A DNA stretch of 64,000 nucleotides from a virus (lineage: Duplodnaviria > Caudoviricetes). Shown in pieces: positions 19,116 through 29,824 of this stretch. The stretch lies in the IMG/VR virus record IMGVR_UViG_3300050343_000159; one strand, written 5' to 3'. The notes below the pieces were generated by a model. It did not search any database and had not been told where the DNA came from. It saw only the letters and a program-made list of their open reading frames with translations. Position 1 is the stretch's first letter. Every line of letters begins with the position of its first letter. The position numbers and the translations under genes are program-made.

Positions 19116-19796
19116 ATGTCCGTTAGTCTAAGACTCTCTCATATTGAGGAGATTGAGTTGTGTAAGTCAGCACAACAGGGTTGTGAGAAATCCATGGAGA
19201 AGATGGTAACTCATAATCTTGGTCTGGTAAGTAAACTTGCCAAGAAAATGTATTACAAGAATGAGCAGTTCTCCTATGAGGATATGTTCCAAGAAGGTGT
19301 CATCGGTTTGATGAAAGCCATTCGCAAGTTTGATCCAAAAGAAGGTTGTAGGTTTTCTACTTACTCTTACTATTGGATCTATTGTTTTGTAAGTAAGTTT
19401 CACACCAATCACTATGGTAGGGTTCGTGTTCCTTCACATGTAAAAGAGAAACTTCGTAAGTTGGAGAAGACTGATATTAAAGGTTTCACTACATTGAAGA
19501 ACTCACTTCCTTATGTTGTGTCAATGAACTCATCGATTGGTGATAGTTCAACACTTGAAGATCTTATCTCAGATGACTATTATCGAGAACTTGATTGTGA
19601 AGTAGAAGTTGTTATTGATCAGATGAGGAAGGTTCTGAACGAACGTGAATACAGTGTAATGTGTTATCGTTATGGTTTGGATGGTAAAGACCAAATGACA
19701 CAACGTGAGTGTGGTAAGGTATTTGGTGTAAGTTACGCTATGATCCACTTGATTGAGAAGAAATCACTAGATAAACTTAGAAGATATTTCAACTGA
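19116..19796 (+). CDS. sigma70-family RNA polymerase sigma factor (regions 2 and 4)
   Basis: NLGLVSKLAKK, EDMFQEGVIGLMKAIRKFDP..GCRFSTY..YWI; region 4 LNEREYSV..RYGL...TQRECGKVFGVS. Confidence 0.88.
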   Translation: MSVSLRLSHIEEIELCKSAQQGCEKSMEKMVTHNLGLVSKLAKKMYYKNEQFSYEDMFQEGVIGLMKAIRKFDPKEGCRFSTYSYYWIYCFVSKFHTNHYGRVRVPSHVKEKLRKLEKTDIKGFTTLKNSLPYVVSMNSSIGDSSTLEDLISDDYYRELDCEVEVVIDQMRKVLNEREYSVMCYRYGLDGKDQMTQRECGKVFGVSYAMIHLIEKKSLDKLRRYFN

Positions 19797-19824
19797 TAAA
19801 TACTACTATGGTTGTATGTAGAAG

Positions 19825-21093
19825 ATGAAAGATTTTTTCAACTTCCTTTCGGAGGCTAGAGTATCTAAAGCTGCTGAGAAGGCAAAGAAACTTGGCCTCA
19901 CTAGTGATGGATCAGGCGGATGGGTAGATAGACAAGGTAATGTTCAAGCAAGAACTGTAGGTGGGGAATTAGTATTCTCACAAAAGAAAGGACCAACTGC
20001 AGAGAGAGAAACGGCAGGAAGAGTTACCGCAACTAAGGAAGATCCTAAGGCACAATCTCAACAACAGGCAGAACCTGAGGTTGAGAAGAGTAAGGATGAT
20101 CAAACTGATGGTGATATGAAGAATGGGGAGACAATCACCCTAGTCTTCGGTAGGTTTAATCCACCAACAGTTGGTCATGAGAAGTTACTTAATGGCGCAA
20201 AGAGTATTGCAGGTGGTTCAGAACTGAGGATTTATCCATCAAGATCCACTGATCCTAAGAAAAACCCTTTGGAACCAGGTGAAAAAACTAATATGATGAA
20301 GCAAATGTTCCCTGATCATAAGGAGAGCATTATTAATGATGAAGGTATCAAGACTATCTTTGATGCTCTTAAGTTAGCAGATGATGAGGGATATTCTAAT
20401 GTCAAAATCGTAGTTGGATCTGATAGAGTATCTGAGTTTGATAGTCTGGCTCAGAAATACAATGGTAAGTTGTATAACTTTGATGAAATTGAGACTATTT
20501 CTGCTGGTGATAGAGATGCAGAGGGTGAAGGTGTAGAAGGAATGTCAGCCTCTAAGATGAGACAGGCTGCATCAGAGGATGATTTTGAGGCATTCAGACA
20601 GGGTATTCCATCATCGCTGGATGACAAAACTGCAAGACAGTTGATGAGTACTGTTCGTAAGAGAATGAAAGTTACTACAGAGTCTTGGAGTCTGTGGGAG
20701 ATTGCACCTAAGTTTGATTGGAGAAACCTCCGTGAGAACTATGTAACTGGTAAAATCTTTAACATTAGTTCTTTGGTTGAGAACCTAAACACTGGTTTGG
20801 TTGGTAAAGTTATCCGTAGAGGAACCAACTATCTAATCTGTGTGACAGAGGATAATATTATGTTCAAGTCTTGGGTAAGAGATCTCAAGGAATATACTGA
20901 AGTCAAGATGGATAGTGAGATGAGAGATAAGACTCATCCAAATACTTTGGTTGGAACTTCTGGTAACTTCAAGAGAGTTGCAAAACTTACACCTGGTTTT
21001 GAGAAGGGAGACCCCACTAATCTACAGGATGGTGGAAAACCATACAAGGGTTATGATATCAGAAACTTCATAAATAAGAATAAGAAAAAGTAG
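19825..21093 (+). CDS. Cytidylyltransferase/NMNAT-like HxGH nucleotidyltransferase, probable virion protein
   Basis: FGRFNPPTVGHEKL, VVGSDR, MSASKMR; N-terminus MKDFFNFLSEA; TAAATA 19797-19802. Confidence 0.85.
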   Translation: MKDFFNFLSEARVSKAAEKAKKLGLTSDGSGGWVDRQGNVQARTVGGELVFSQKKGPTAERETAGRVTATKEDPKAQSQQQAEPEVEKSKDDQTDGDMKNGETITLVFGRFNPPTVGHEKLLNGAKSIAGGSELRIYPSRSTDPKKNPLEPGEKTNMMKQMFPDHKESIINDEGIKTIFDALKLADDEGYSNVKIVVGSDRVSEFDSLAQKYNGKLYNFDEIETISAGDRDAEGEGVEGMSASKMRQAASEDDFEAFRQGIPSSLDDKTARQLMSTVRKRMKVTTESWSLWEIAPKFDWRNLRENYVTGKIFNISSLVENLNTGLVGKVIRRGTNYLICVTEDNIMFKSWVRDLKEYTEVKMDSEMRDKTHPNTLVGTSGNFKRVAKLTPGFEKGDPTNLQDGGKPYKGYDIRNFINKNKKK

Positions 21094-21101
21094 TCAAAGA
21101 A

Positions 21102-22235
21102 ATGATTAACCCTCTTAATGAATTGTCTTCTGTGTATATGCAGGACATTTCAGAAAAAAAGAAGTGTGATGAAAAACTCCCACAGGGTGATAGTGTAGAT
21201 GGTGGAGATGCTGCTAAGCCTGGTAAGGATAAGAACTATGTGAAGCCTATGGCTACAGAAGGTCATTGTGCTGTTGATGGTGTTGAGTGTTCTCCAACAG
21301 AGAAGAAGAAAGACTCTAAGAGAATGAAGAAAGAAAGTGCATATTCAAATTGGAGAAATGATTCACAAGATCTCCTAGAAGTCATTGGTGGCGCATATGG
21401 TGGAGTTGCCGGTGTTGATAATGAGAAAAATCTTGAGAACCCTAAGGCTAAGAAAGCTTCTAAGTCTAACGAAAGAATTACTGAGAAAAGTGTAAAGAAT
21501 AAGATTAGAATCAATCCTCCTCAGGGTGTAACTGAAGGGTTCGCAGAACTCGGTGGTGTTATTGCAGAAATGTATGAAATTACTGAGAAGATTGATATCG
21601 CTAAGGCTGATATGGGTGATGTTGTAAAGGACTTCCGTAAGTCTGATGCACCTCAGTTTAAAGGTAAGTCGGATAAAAAGAAGCAAGAGATGGCTGTTGC
21701 AGCCAAACTAGCTACTGAGGAGACAGAAGAAGAGAAGAAGAAGAGAGAGTTGTTGGCTAAGACCAAGGAACATGATGATAAACAGTCAGGTAAATTAGCT
21801 GAGGCTGATATGGCTGGAGCTCCTTCCATTAAGAATATCAAACCAGTAAAGAAAACTAATGTGAAGTATGATCCTGACATGAAAGTTATGGCTCCTACCA
21901 TCAAGGCAGAAGGTAGAGCATTGGCTGGTGTTCTTTCTACCATCAGAGCAAAGAATGGAATGGGAACTGTAACAGCCAAGGGAGCTGATAAACTACAGGC
22001 TAAGAAAGAGAAGACTATGGGTGAAGAGATGTCTGTGAAAGATCAGATGGCAGCTACTATTAAATACAACAAAATGAATCCTCGTAAACCATATAAGCCT
22101 GGTGATGGATACAAGAGGAACCAACGTGATGCAGCTGCTAATGCAGCAAGACAACCTAAGGATACTAGAACTGATGCACAGAAGATGACTGATGCTACTG
22201 GACCTAGACCCGGATCCAACTATAGAGGAGACTGA
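21102..22235 (+). CDS. Probable head-internal protein, K/E-rich
   Basis: TAAATA 21071-21076; many [ILV]xE sites (ISEKK, ITEK, VTEG, LAEA); EKIDIAKADMGDVVKDF. Confidence 0.6.
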   Translation: MINPLNELSSVYMQDISEKKKCDEKLPQGDSVDGGDAAKPGKDKNYVKPMATEGHCAVDGVECSPTEKKKDSKRMKKESAYSNWRNDSQDLLEVIGGAYGGVAGVDNEKNLENPKAKKASKSNERITEKSVKNKIRINPPQGVTEGFAELGGVIAEMYEITEKIDIAKADMGDVVKDFRKSDAPQFKGKSDKKKQEMAVAAKLATEETEEEKKKRELLAKTKEHDDKQSGKLAEADMAGAPSIKNIKPVKKTNVKYDPDMKVMAPTIKAEGRALAGVLSTIRAKNGMGTVTAKGADKLQAKKEKTMGEEMSVKDQMAATIKYNKMNPRKPYKPGDGYKRNQRDAAANAARQPKDTRTDAQKMTDATGPRPGSNYRGD

Positions 22236-22717
22236 TGCAAGTTGGAACTGGAGGATTTACTAATAGTTCTCCTGCACAAGGACCAGTTGCTGGTATAGAC
22301 ACAAAGTTGTTCAAGGGCGAAGATGATCTTCTGGATCAAGATTATCAAACCCCTGGACAATCAGGTCAAGCCAAGTGGAGATTTTCTAATGTCTATCCTG
22401 TTCAGAGAGTAGGGTTACAAGATGTTGATGCAATGGTTGATGCATCTAAAGAGTATGTTAAGATGGTGGATGAATCAGCCTATCAACGTATCCGTCAGGT
22501 CTTCAATCAAGTGAGGTTAGAACAAAAGATGAGAGAGAACTATGATCTTAAACGTGAAAAAAGACTTGATGATCAAGAGAGGAAACATAAAGAGCAAGAT
22601 GAAAGAATGAAGTATGGTAAGAAAGGTTTTAATCAATATCAAAAAGATTCACTGAGACCTGGCGAAGTCAAAAGGTATGATAAAATGAAGAAGAAGTGGG
22701 TATCAAATAAAGATTGA
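22235..22717 (+). CDS. Hypothetical late protein
   Basis: 160-aa ORF overlapping the previous stop. Confidence 0.6.
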   Translation: MQVGTGGFTNSSPAQGPVAGIDTKLFKGEDDLLDQDYQTPGQSGQAKWRFSNVYPVQRVGLQDVDAMVDASKEYVKMVDESAYQRIRQVFNQVRLEQKMRENYDLKREKRLDDQERKHKEQDERMKYGKKGFNQYQKDSLRPGEVKRYDKMKKKWVSNKD

Positions 22718-22748
22718 TTTATATATAGTGTAGTTATGAATTATTACT

Positions 22749-22949
22749 ATGCTATCCTTTCTACTACCATTAGCAGCAAAGATTATTAAAGATGCTGTTG
22801 CAAACATTCCCGAAAATGAAGAACTGGGTGAGAAGATGGTTGAGATCTGTCTTGTTATTCTTTCTAAGGCAGTTAAGCTGACCAAGACTGATATGGACGA
22901 TCAACTTCTTGAGGTTGTCACAAAGGCAATAAATAATAGAGAAGAATGA
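22749..22949 (+). CDS. Small conserved hypothetical protein
   Basis: 66-aa amphipathic ORF followed by terminator at ~22955-22983. Confidence 0.6.
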   Translation: MLSFLLPLAAKIIKDAVANIPENEELGEKMVEICLVILSKAVKLTKTDMDDQLLEVVTKAINNREE

Positions 22950-23025
22950 TAAATGAACCCCCTATTAGGGGTTCTATTTTTTTATAAATATTTACTAACA
23001 TAACAAAGTTTATTAAGGCAGAAAC

Positions 23026-23544
23026 ATGGCACTTTGGGGAAATAACGATAACGTAGGATCGACGGGTACCGTTGCCCTGAACTACTCTACGGGCGTCGTA
23101 ACAGGAACTGGCACAACGTTCGGTCAAGTGGGTGCAGCATCAACTGGTGATGTTATTCGATTCGGTGCCCGTGGTGGTGCCTATTTTGGTGATGCAGTCA
23201 TCGTTAGTATCGCTTCTACTATTTCTTGCACGATTGGTTCGACCATGGGTCTGACTGGTGGTGCTATTAGTGGAGCTCAATTTAAAGTATCTCAACTTCC
23301 TAAGTCTAGCATTAAGGATTCTACTTACTCCAAGAAAGGAACACTATCAGGCGATTCTTTGGTTTATGGCGTGGCTAATGCTGGAGGAGTGATTCCTTCA
23401 TATCAGGTCACAGCAGAAGGTTGGGTTGGTGTTACTACATATAATGACTCCCAAGGAAATCTGAGAGTTAAGAAAGAGACTTTAGTTGCCATGTCTGGTA
23501 TTACAACTGGAGCTGGATCTATTGTATATCCTACTAACAAATGA
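23026..23544 (+). CDS. Virion structural protein (Gly/Thr-rich)
   Basis: MALWG start, GWVG..Y...GNLRVKKETLVAM; TATAAATA 22983-22990. Confidence 0.65.
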   Translation: MALWGNNDNVGSTGTVALNYSTGVVTGTGTTFGQVGAASTGDVIRFGARGGAYFGDAVIVSIASTISCTIGSTMGLTGGAISGAQFKVSQLPKSSIKDSTYSKKGTLSGDSLVYGVANAGGVIPSYQVTAEGWVGVTTYNDSQGNLRVKKETLVAMSGITTGAGSIVYPTNK

Positions 23545-23547
23545 TAA

Positions 23548-23940
23548 ATGAGATTTAATGAATTGAACGCAGATAACTTTCTGCTATTTGCGATTAAACA
23601 TTATGAGAATCCTCAGGCAGTCAGTGTTGATGACTTTGAGAAAGACTTAAACATCTTTCGATACATCAAACGACTCCTGAGGAAGTATAAAAATGGTTCA
23701 GATTTGAAGGTTCATCTTCTAATAAACCATTTTATTATTCTTTATAATATCTTTGGAGATGCTGCAACACCCATGCTTTTCTTTAAGCTGGATAAGGATT
23801 TGTGGCCTTCACTAAAGGCTTTTGTCTTATTCTTAGATAGATTACCAGATTACCCGAGAACATCTTTACATGATCTTGAGGTAGATGAATATTGTTTAGA
23901 AGAACTCAGAGGTATTACTGATGGAAAGGGAGAAAATTGA
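23548..23940 (+). CDS. Conserved T4-like hypothetical protein
   Basis: NFLLFAIKHYENP...FRYIKRLL...LINHFIILYN.FG pattern. Confidence 0.7.
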   Translation: MRFNELNADNFLLFAIKHYENPQAVSVDDFEKDLNIFRYIKRLLRKYKNGSDLKVHLLINHFIILYNIFGDAATPMLFFKLDKDLWPSLKAFVLFLDRLPDYPRTSLHDLEVDEYCLEELRGITDGKGEN

Positions 23941-24232
23941 TAAGGTAATCGATGCATTTCGATCTGCCATGTATCAAGAGTTCAGTGTGAGTGAAGAAGG
24001 AATGGTAGCTAATCCTCCTGGTGGATCTGGTGGGTTTAGTGGATCTTCTGATGCAAAAGGACCAACTGCTGGTTATGATAAACCAATGAAGTTTGATGGT
24101 CGTAATAAGTTTGTTAGAAAGGCTATCAGTGACCTGATGAGTAGAAAGGAAAAAAGAGAAAATAGAAAAAACAAAAAGAAAGCATTAGAGTTCAACCCTT
24201 ACTTTAAGCCTCAAGATGGACGATCAAGTTAA
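23921..24232 (+). CDS. Hypothetical protein
   Basis: 103-aa ORF with Gly-rich GFSGSS..KGP.AGYD segment. Confidence 0.6.
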   Translation: MEREKIDKVIDAFRSAMYQEFSVSEEGMVANPPGGSGGFSGSSDAKGPTAGYDKPMKFDGRNKFVRKAISDLMSRKEKRENRKNKKKALEFNPYFKPQDGRSS

Positions 24233-24590
24233 GTTGGCTATACTACAACAGAGAGTTGATGACATCAAACCTCTGTTAGATAAATTAGACGTAACTATTG
24301 AAAAACTTTCTGAGGTAAATACAACAGTTAGCAGAATGCTTGCTGTTCATGAAGAAAGATTATCAAAGTCAGAAGAGATTGACTCTGTATTATTTGCAAA
24401 GATTGACGAACTCCGTGATAAAATGGACTCAGATCATAACAGTGTCTTGTCAAGACTACAGGATCTAGAGAAAAAGGTTTGGGTTGCTATCGGGTGCGTA
24501 GTAGCTGTGTCTTTTATAGCACAAACCAATTGGTTCGACTTGACTCCACCATCAGAAGTTGGTAAAATAACGAGTAGTTATATCAAGTGA
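24216..24590 (+). CDS. Coiled-coil protein with C-terminal transmembrane helix
   Basis: Heptad-rich N-part; VWVAIGCVVAVSFIA hydrophobic segment. Confidence 0.6.
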   Translation: MDDQVKLAILQQRVDDIKPLLDKLDVTIEKLSEVNTTVSRMLAVHEERLSKSEEIDSVLFAKIDELRDKMDSDHNSVLSRLQDLEKKVWVAIGCVVAVSFIAQTNWFDLTPPSEVGKITSSYIK

Positions 24591-24591
24591 T

Positions 24592-25584
24592 ATGGATTTT
24601 ATTGATGTCAAATACATCAATTTGATCTCCTCCAGACTTCAAAAGTTCAAAAGAGTAAAGCCAAAGCTTTATAACTTCCGATGTCCCATATGTGGTGACT
24701 CTCAGAAGAATAAGAACAAAGCTAGAGGTTTTCTTTATCAGGTTAAGAACAATACTAATTTCAAGTGCCATAACTGTGGTATCAGTGTTTCGTTTGCAAA
24801 CTTCTTAAAGGATTTGGATCCTCAAACTTATAAACAATATACTTTTGAGAAGTTCAAAGAAGGTAATACTGGTAAGAACTTTGTAACAGAATCACCTGAA
24901 GATATGTTTAGTAAGATGAGAAATACTAAACCAACATTTAAGAAGAAGATTGTCATCGATCTCCCTTCTGCTTTCAGTATTCCATCGTCTAAACACTATT
25001 TGGAATCTAGAGCCATCTTGAGTGGGAACTTTTATTACGCAGAAAACTTCCAAGAGTTTGTTAATAGTATCAAACCAGGTTCATTTGAACATCCTAAATT
25101 TGGTGAATCTAGAATTGTAATTCCTCTTGTCAGGGATGAGAAACTTATCGGGTTACAGGGCAGAGCCCTATCTACAAACCCTGTTAAATACTTAACCGTT
25201 ATGTTGGATGAGGATGCCCCAAAGATCTATGGAACCGATGAGATTGACAAATCCCTTCCAGTTTATATTACAGAAGGACCATTCGACTCTACGTTCATTC
25301 GCAACTCGGTTGCTATGTGTGGAGCTGATGTTGATGTCGTCAGTTGCGGGATTAGTAATCCTGTCTGGATATATGATAACGAACCACGCAACTCCCAAAT
25401 CACCAGAAGAATTGAACAAACAATCGATCAAGGAGATAAAGTCGTTATCTGGCCCTCCAATATTCGGGAAAAGGATATAAATGATATGGTCTTAAGTGGA
25501 CATAAAGTTCAAGAGATTGTAGACAAAAACACCTACAAAGGATTAGAAGCAAAACTAAAATTTACCAGTTGGAAAAAAGTATGA
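24592..25584 (+). CDS. gp61: DNA primase gp61
   Basis: Zn ribbon CPICGD...CHNC; TOPRIM ITEGPFDS, DNEPRN, KDIND. Confidence 0.95.
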   Translation: MDFIDVKYINLISSRLQKFKRVKPKLYNFRCPICGDSQKNKNKARGFLYQVKNNTNFKCHNCGISVSFANFLKDLDPQTYKQYTFEKFKEGNTGKNFVTESPEDMFSKMRNTKPTFKKKIVIDLPSAFSIPSSKHYLESRAILSGNFYYAENFQEFVNSIKPGSFEHPKFGESRIVIPLVRDEKLIGLQGRALSTNPVKYLTVMLDEDAPKIYGTDEIDKSLPVYITEGPFDSTFIRNSVAMCGADVDVVSCGISNPVWIYDNEPRNSQITRRIEQTIDQGDKVVIWPSNIREKDINDMVLSGHKVQEIVDKNTYKGLEAKLKFTSWKKV

Positions 25585-27880
25585 GTAACGGTACAAAGGT
25601 TCAGAAGAGAGATGGTCGTGTTGAATCACTTGACCTGGATAAGATGCATCTTATGGTTGAAGAGGCGTGTGATGGCCTATCAAATGTGTCTGCTAGTCAG
25701 GTAGAGATGACATCTGGTATTCAGTTCTATGACGGCATTACTACTGCTGAGATCCAAGAGATTCTTATTAAGAGTGCCAGTGACCTGATTGACTTGGATC
25801 ACCCCAACTATCAGTTTGTAGCTGCAAGACTTCTTCTGTTCTCTCTTAGGAAGCAACTGTATGGTGGTAGGAGGGAGATGCCTTCCTTGATTGATCACAT
25901 CACCAAACTGGCATACGATGATCACTATGATAGAGATATCTTTACAAAGTATTCACAAGAAGAGATTGAGAAGGTAGAAACTTTTATTGATCACGATCGC
26001 GATTTTCTATTCACATATGCTGGTTTGAGGCAGGTTGTGGATAAATACCTAGTACAAGATAGGAGTGTTGGAAAGGTACACGAAACTCCTCAGTTCATGT
26101 ACATGATGATTGCATTGACAATCTTCCGTGAGTATCCAAAAGAAACAAGACTTTCCTACGTTAGAAGATACTACGATGCCATCTCAAAACACAGACTCAA
26201 CATCCCAACGCCAATCATGGCGGGTGTCAGAACTCCCCTACGCCAGTTTGCGTCTTGTGTTCTGGTTGATGTTGATGACACCCTGGATAGCATTTTTAGT
26301 TCTGATATGGCCATTGGCCGTTATGTCGCACAAAGGGCTGGCATCGGTATCAACGCTGGCAGGATCCGTGGGATCAACAGTAAAATCAGGGGCGGAGAAG
26401 TACAGCACACTGGCGTTGTTCCTTTCCTTAAAAAGTTTGAATCAACTGTACGATGCTGTACACAAAATGGGATTCGTGGTGGCTCAGCAACAGTCCACTT
26501 CCCCATCTGGCACCAAGAAATCCAAGACATCATCGTCTTAAAGAACAACAAAGGCACAGAAGACAACAGGGTACGGAAACTTGATTACTCAATCCAAATT
26601 TCAAAGATTTTCTACGAACGTTTCATTGCGAATGGAGAGATTAGCTTGTTCTCACCGCACGACGTACCGGGTCTGTATGATGCCTTTGGTACTGACGGGT
26701 TCGATGATTTATATGTTAGTTTTGAACGAGATGAGTCTGTTCCAAGAAAGAGTATTAAAGCACAAGAACTAATCCTTGATATTCTCAAAGAAAGAGCAGA
26801 GACAGGTCGTCTGTATCTGATGAATATTGACCATTGTAACTCTCACTCTTCCTTCAAAGATAAGGTTGAGATGAGTAATCTGTGTCAGGAAATCACTCTT
26901 CCTACATATCCTTTATCACATATTGATGATCAGGTTGGTGAGATTGCACTCTGTATTCTCTCAGCAGTAATGTTGGTAAGATTAAGACTGATGAGGAACT
27001 AGAAGACCTCTGTGACCTAGCTGTGAGGGGTCTAGACGAGTTGATTGACTATCAAGACTATCCAATCATCGCAGCTGAACTTGCAACTAAGGCAAGAAGG
27101 TCTCTGGGTATTGGTTACATTGGATTGGCACACTACCTGGCAAAGTTGGGTTACTCCTATGATTCACAAGAGGCATGGGATGCTGTTCATGGACTCTCTG
27201 AGTCCTTCCAGTATTACCTTCTGAAGTCTTCTAATCAGTTGGCTAAGGAGAAAGGTCACTGTGAATACTTTGGTCGCACCAAATACTCCAGTGGAACACT
27301 ACCTATCGATACATATAAGAAAGATGTAGATGAACTAGTATCAACGGAGTTGCAACATGATTGGGATATGCTTAGGAATGATATCCTCGAATACGGTCTC
27401 AGGAACTCAACACTGTCCGCACAAATGCCATCGGAAAGCAGTTCCGTTGTGTCAAACGCAACTAATGGAATCGAACCTCCTCGTGGATACTTGTCCATTA
27501 AGAAGTCCAAGAAAGGGCCTCTTAAGCAAATTGTTCCCCAGTATGCCTCATTGAAGAATAACTATACTCTTCTGTGGGATATGAAAGATAATGGTGGATA
27601 CATTAGAATAGTAGCTGTGATGCAAAAGTTCTTCGACCAGGCAATTTCTGGTAACTGGAGTTATAATCCAGAGAACTATCCTGATAATGAGGTTCCTGTT
27701 TCCCAGATGGCAAAGGATTTTCTCACAACTTATAAATATGGTTGGAAGACATCCTACTATCAGAACACTCACGACTTAAAGTCTGATGAAGTAGATGAAG
27801 AGCCGCAGTCGAAGTTAGATGAATTGTTATTAGAACTATCACAAGCCGAGGAGGGAGAGTGTGAATCCTGTGCAGTTTAA
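25581..27880 (+). CDS. nrdA: Class Ia ribonucleotide reductase alpha subunit (1-nt deletion near 26970)
   Basis: ATP cone VQKRDG, PTPIMAG, FASCVL, SNLCQEI, QMPSESSS, C-terminal CESC; frames rejoin as LSAVNVGKIKTDEELEDLC. Confidence 0.95.
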
Positions 27881-29057
27881 AGTTTCACCAGTAGGTGGCA
27901 AAGATATCATGAATGAAGTGAAAGGTATGACGGTGTTTAACACCGAGGTACATGATGCAAAGAAACAACCAATGTTCTTTGGTAAACCTCTGGGAGTCCA
28001 GAGGTATGATTCTTATAAGTATCCGGTGTTTGAAAAACTTACTACACAACAACTTGGATACTTCTGGAGACCAGAAGAAGTTTCACTACAGAAAGATAGA
28101 GGAGACTATCAGTCTCTCCGTCCAGAACAGAAACATATCTATACTTCTAACCTGAAGTATCAGATTATGTTGGATTCTATTCAGGGTCGTGGTCCTGGTA
28201 TGGCATTCATTCCTTACTGTTCTCTACCTGAACTAGAAGCATGTATGGAAGTATGGGGATTCATGGAGATGATCCATAGTCGTTCCTACACATACATCAT
28301 TAAGAACATTTACTCTAATCCAGCTGATGTGTTGGATAAGATTGTCACAGATCAAAAGATCCTAGACCGTGCCAAGAGTGTAACAGAGTCATATGATGAC
28401 TTCATCAACACCGCACAAGTCTGGGGAACTACTGGTATGTGGTCTGCAGATTTTAGAGGATCTCCATCAACTGAGTATGAAATCAAGGAAGTCAAGCGTA
28501 AGCTTTACAGGGCTGTTGCGAATGTCAACATCTTGGAAGGCATTCGTTTCTATGTCAGTTTTGCTTGTTCTTTTGCTTTCGGCGAGCTCAAACTCATGGA
28601 AGGGTCGGCGAAGATCATTAGTCTTATCGCCCGTGACGAGAATCAGCATCTTGCAATCACGCAGAATATCCTGAATAAGTGGAAGAGTGGTGATGATCCT
28701 ATGATGAAACAGATCGCCAAAGAAGAAGAAGAGTGGGTCTATGCAATGTTTGATAGAGCTGTGAATGAGGAGAAGGCTTGGGCTGACTACCTGTTCAAGG
28801 ACGGTTCTATGATTGGTCTAAATGATACCCTATTGCAACAGTATGTTGAGTGGATCGCCAATCGTCGTATGAAGGGTATAGGATTGAAGCCAATCTATGA
28901 TATCCCTGCCAAGAACAACCCTCTTCCCTGGACCCAACACTGGATCTCCTCGAAAGGATTGCAAGTGGCACCACAAGAAACGGAAGTTGAATCTTATGTC
29001 GTCGGTGGAATCAAACAGGATGTACAAAAAGACACTTTCTCAGACTTTAAACTCTGA
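27861..29057 (+). CDS. nrdB: Ribonucleotide reductase beta subunit
   Basis: FWRPEEV, EMIHSRSY, EGIRFYVSF, RDENQH, APQETE. Confidence 0.95.
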   Translation: MNPVQFKVSPVGGKDIMNEVKGMTVFNTEVHDAKKQPMFFGKPLGVQRYDSYKYPVFEKLTTQQLGYFWRPEEVSLQKDRGDYQSLRPEQKHIYTSNLKYQIMLDSIQGRGPGMAFIPYCSLPELEACMEVWGFMEMIHSRSYTYIIKNIYSNPADVLDKIVTDQKILDRAKSVTESYDDFINTAQVWGTTGMWSADFRGSPSTEYEIKEVKRKLYRAVANVNILEGIRFYVSFACSFAFGELKLMEGSAKIISLIARDENQHLAITQNILNKWKSGDDPMMKQIAKEEEEWVYAMFDRAVNEEKAWADYLFKDGSMIGLNDTLLQQYVEWIANRRMKGIGLKPIYDIPAKNNPLPWTQHWISSKGLQVAPQETEVESYVVGGIKQDVQKDTFSDFKL

Positions 29058-29348
29058 GATAGAAGGGAGATATCCCTATAACAAATCTCTTTTGTCCTAT
29101 AAGAGGTGGTCTGATAGTCTCAGGCCACCTTTTCGTGGTATGGCACATGAGGTATTGAAGAGATCTTTGGAGTGGTGGTATGAGAAACCCATCTATCTAC
29201 ATCCTTTACCTATGAATGAACAAGTTAAGAATGTAAGAAAGGTATATGGTAAGACTCAGTACCCTTCAACAGAAGATAGAGCTACAGAATATATCTGGAC
29301 TGGTGATGGGGATTGGCACCGATAAATACCCCCAGTTGAATACATTAT

Positions 29349-29777
29349 GTGTGTGACTACGAGAACCCCTGGACCTTTCTGGAGAGACCTTTTACTAGTG
29401 ATGATGTTCACGACTTTTTTGGGTTTGTGTATCTCATTACCAATCTCACAAACCAACGACTCTACATTGGGAGAAAAGTTTTTTGGTTCCACAGAAAACC
29501 TCCTGGAAAGAAAAGAAGAGTAAAGAAGGAGTCAGATTGGAAAGTGTACTATGGTTCCTCTGATGAACTGAAGGCGGATGTTAAACTTCTTGGAACTCAT
29601 ATGTTTCGTAGGGAGATTCTTTCACTGCACAAAACCAAAGGTAAGACAAACTTTGCTGAGACTGAGGCATTATTCAAGAACAATGTTCTCACAGAATCTA
29701 TGCCTGATGGTACTCCCAAATACTACAACTCCAACATTATGAATCGTTATTATCGCAAGGATTACTTTGAGATTTGA
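29349..29777 (+). CDS. GIY-YIG family endonuclease-like protein
   Basis: GFVYLITNLTNQRLYIGRK; TAAATA just upstream. Confidence 0.75.
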   Translation: MCDYENPWTFLERPFTSDDVHDFFGFVYLITNLTNQRLYIGRKVFWFHRKPPGKKRRVKKESDWKVYYGSSDELKADVKLLGTHMFRREILSLHKTKGKTNFAETEALFKNNVLTESMPDGTPKYYNSNIMNRYYRKDYFEI

Positions 29778-29802
29778 CTGAGATACATAATACTACTATA
29801 AT
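29774..29802 (+). promoter_or_regulatory. sigma70-type early promoter
   Basis: TTGACT 29774-29779, 17 nt, TATAAT 29797-29802. Confidence 0.75.
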
Positions 29803-29824
29803 ATTTAAGATTTTTATTTGACTC

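Noticed and set aside
25581-27880. nrdA appears as two ORFs (possible intron, intein or split gene)
   Set aside because: The frames rejoin with one added base near 26970 (LSAVNVGKIKTDEELEDLC); there is no inserted sequence, so this is most likely an indel error
29349-29777. GIY-YIG ORF as a mobile homing endonuclease invading nrdB
   Set aside because: It is free-standing, short, lacks an obvious C-terminal DNA-binding extension and does not interrupt nrdB; listed as a feature without claiming mobility
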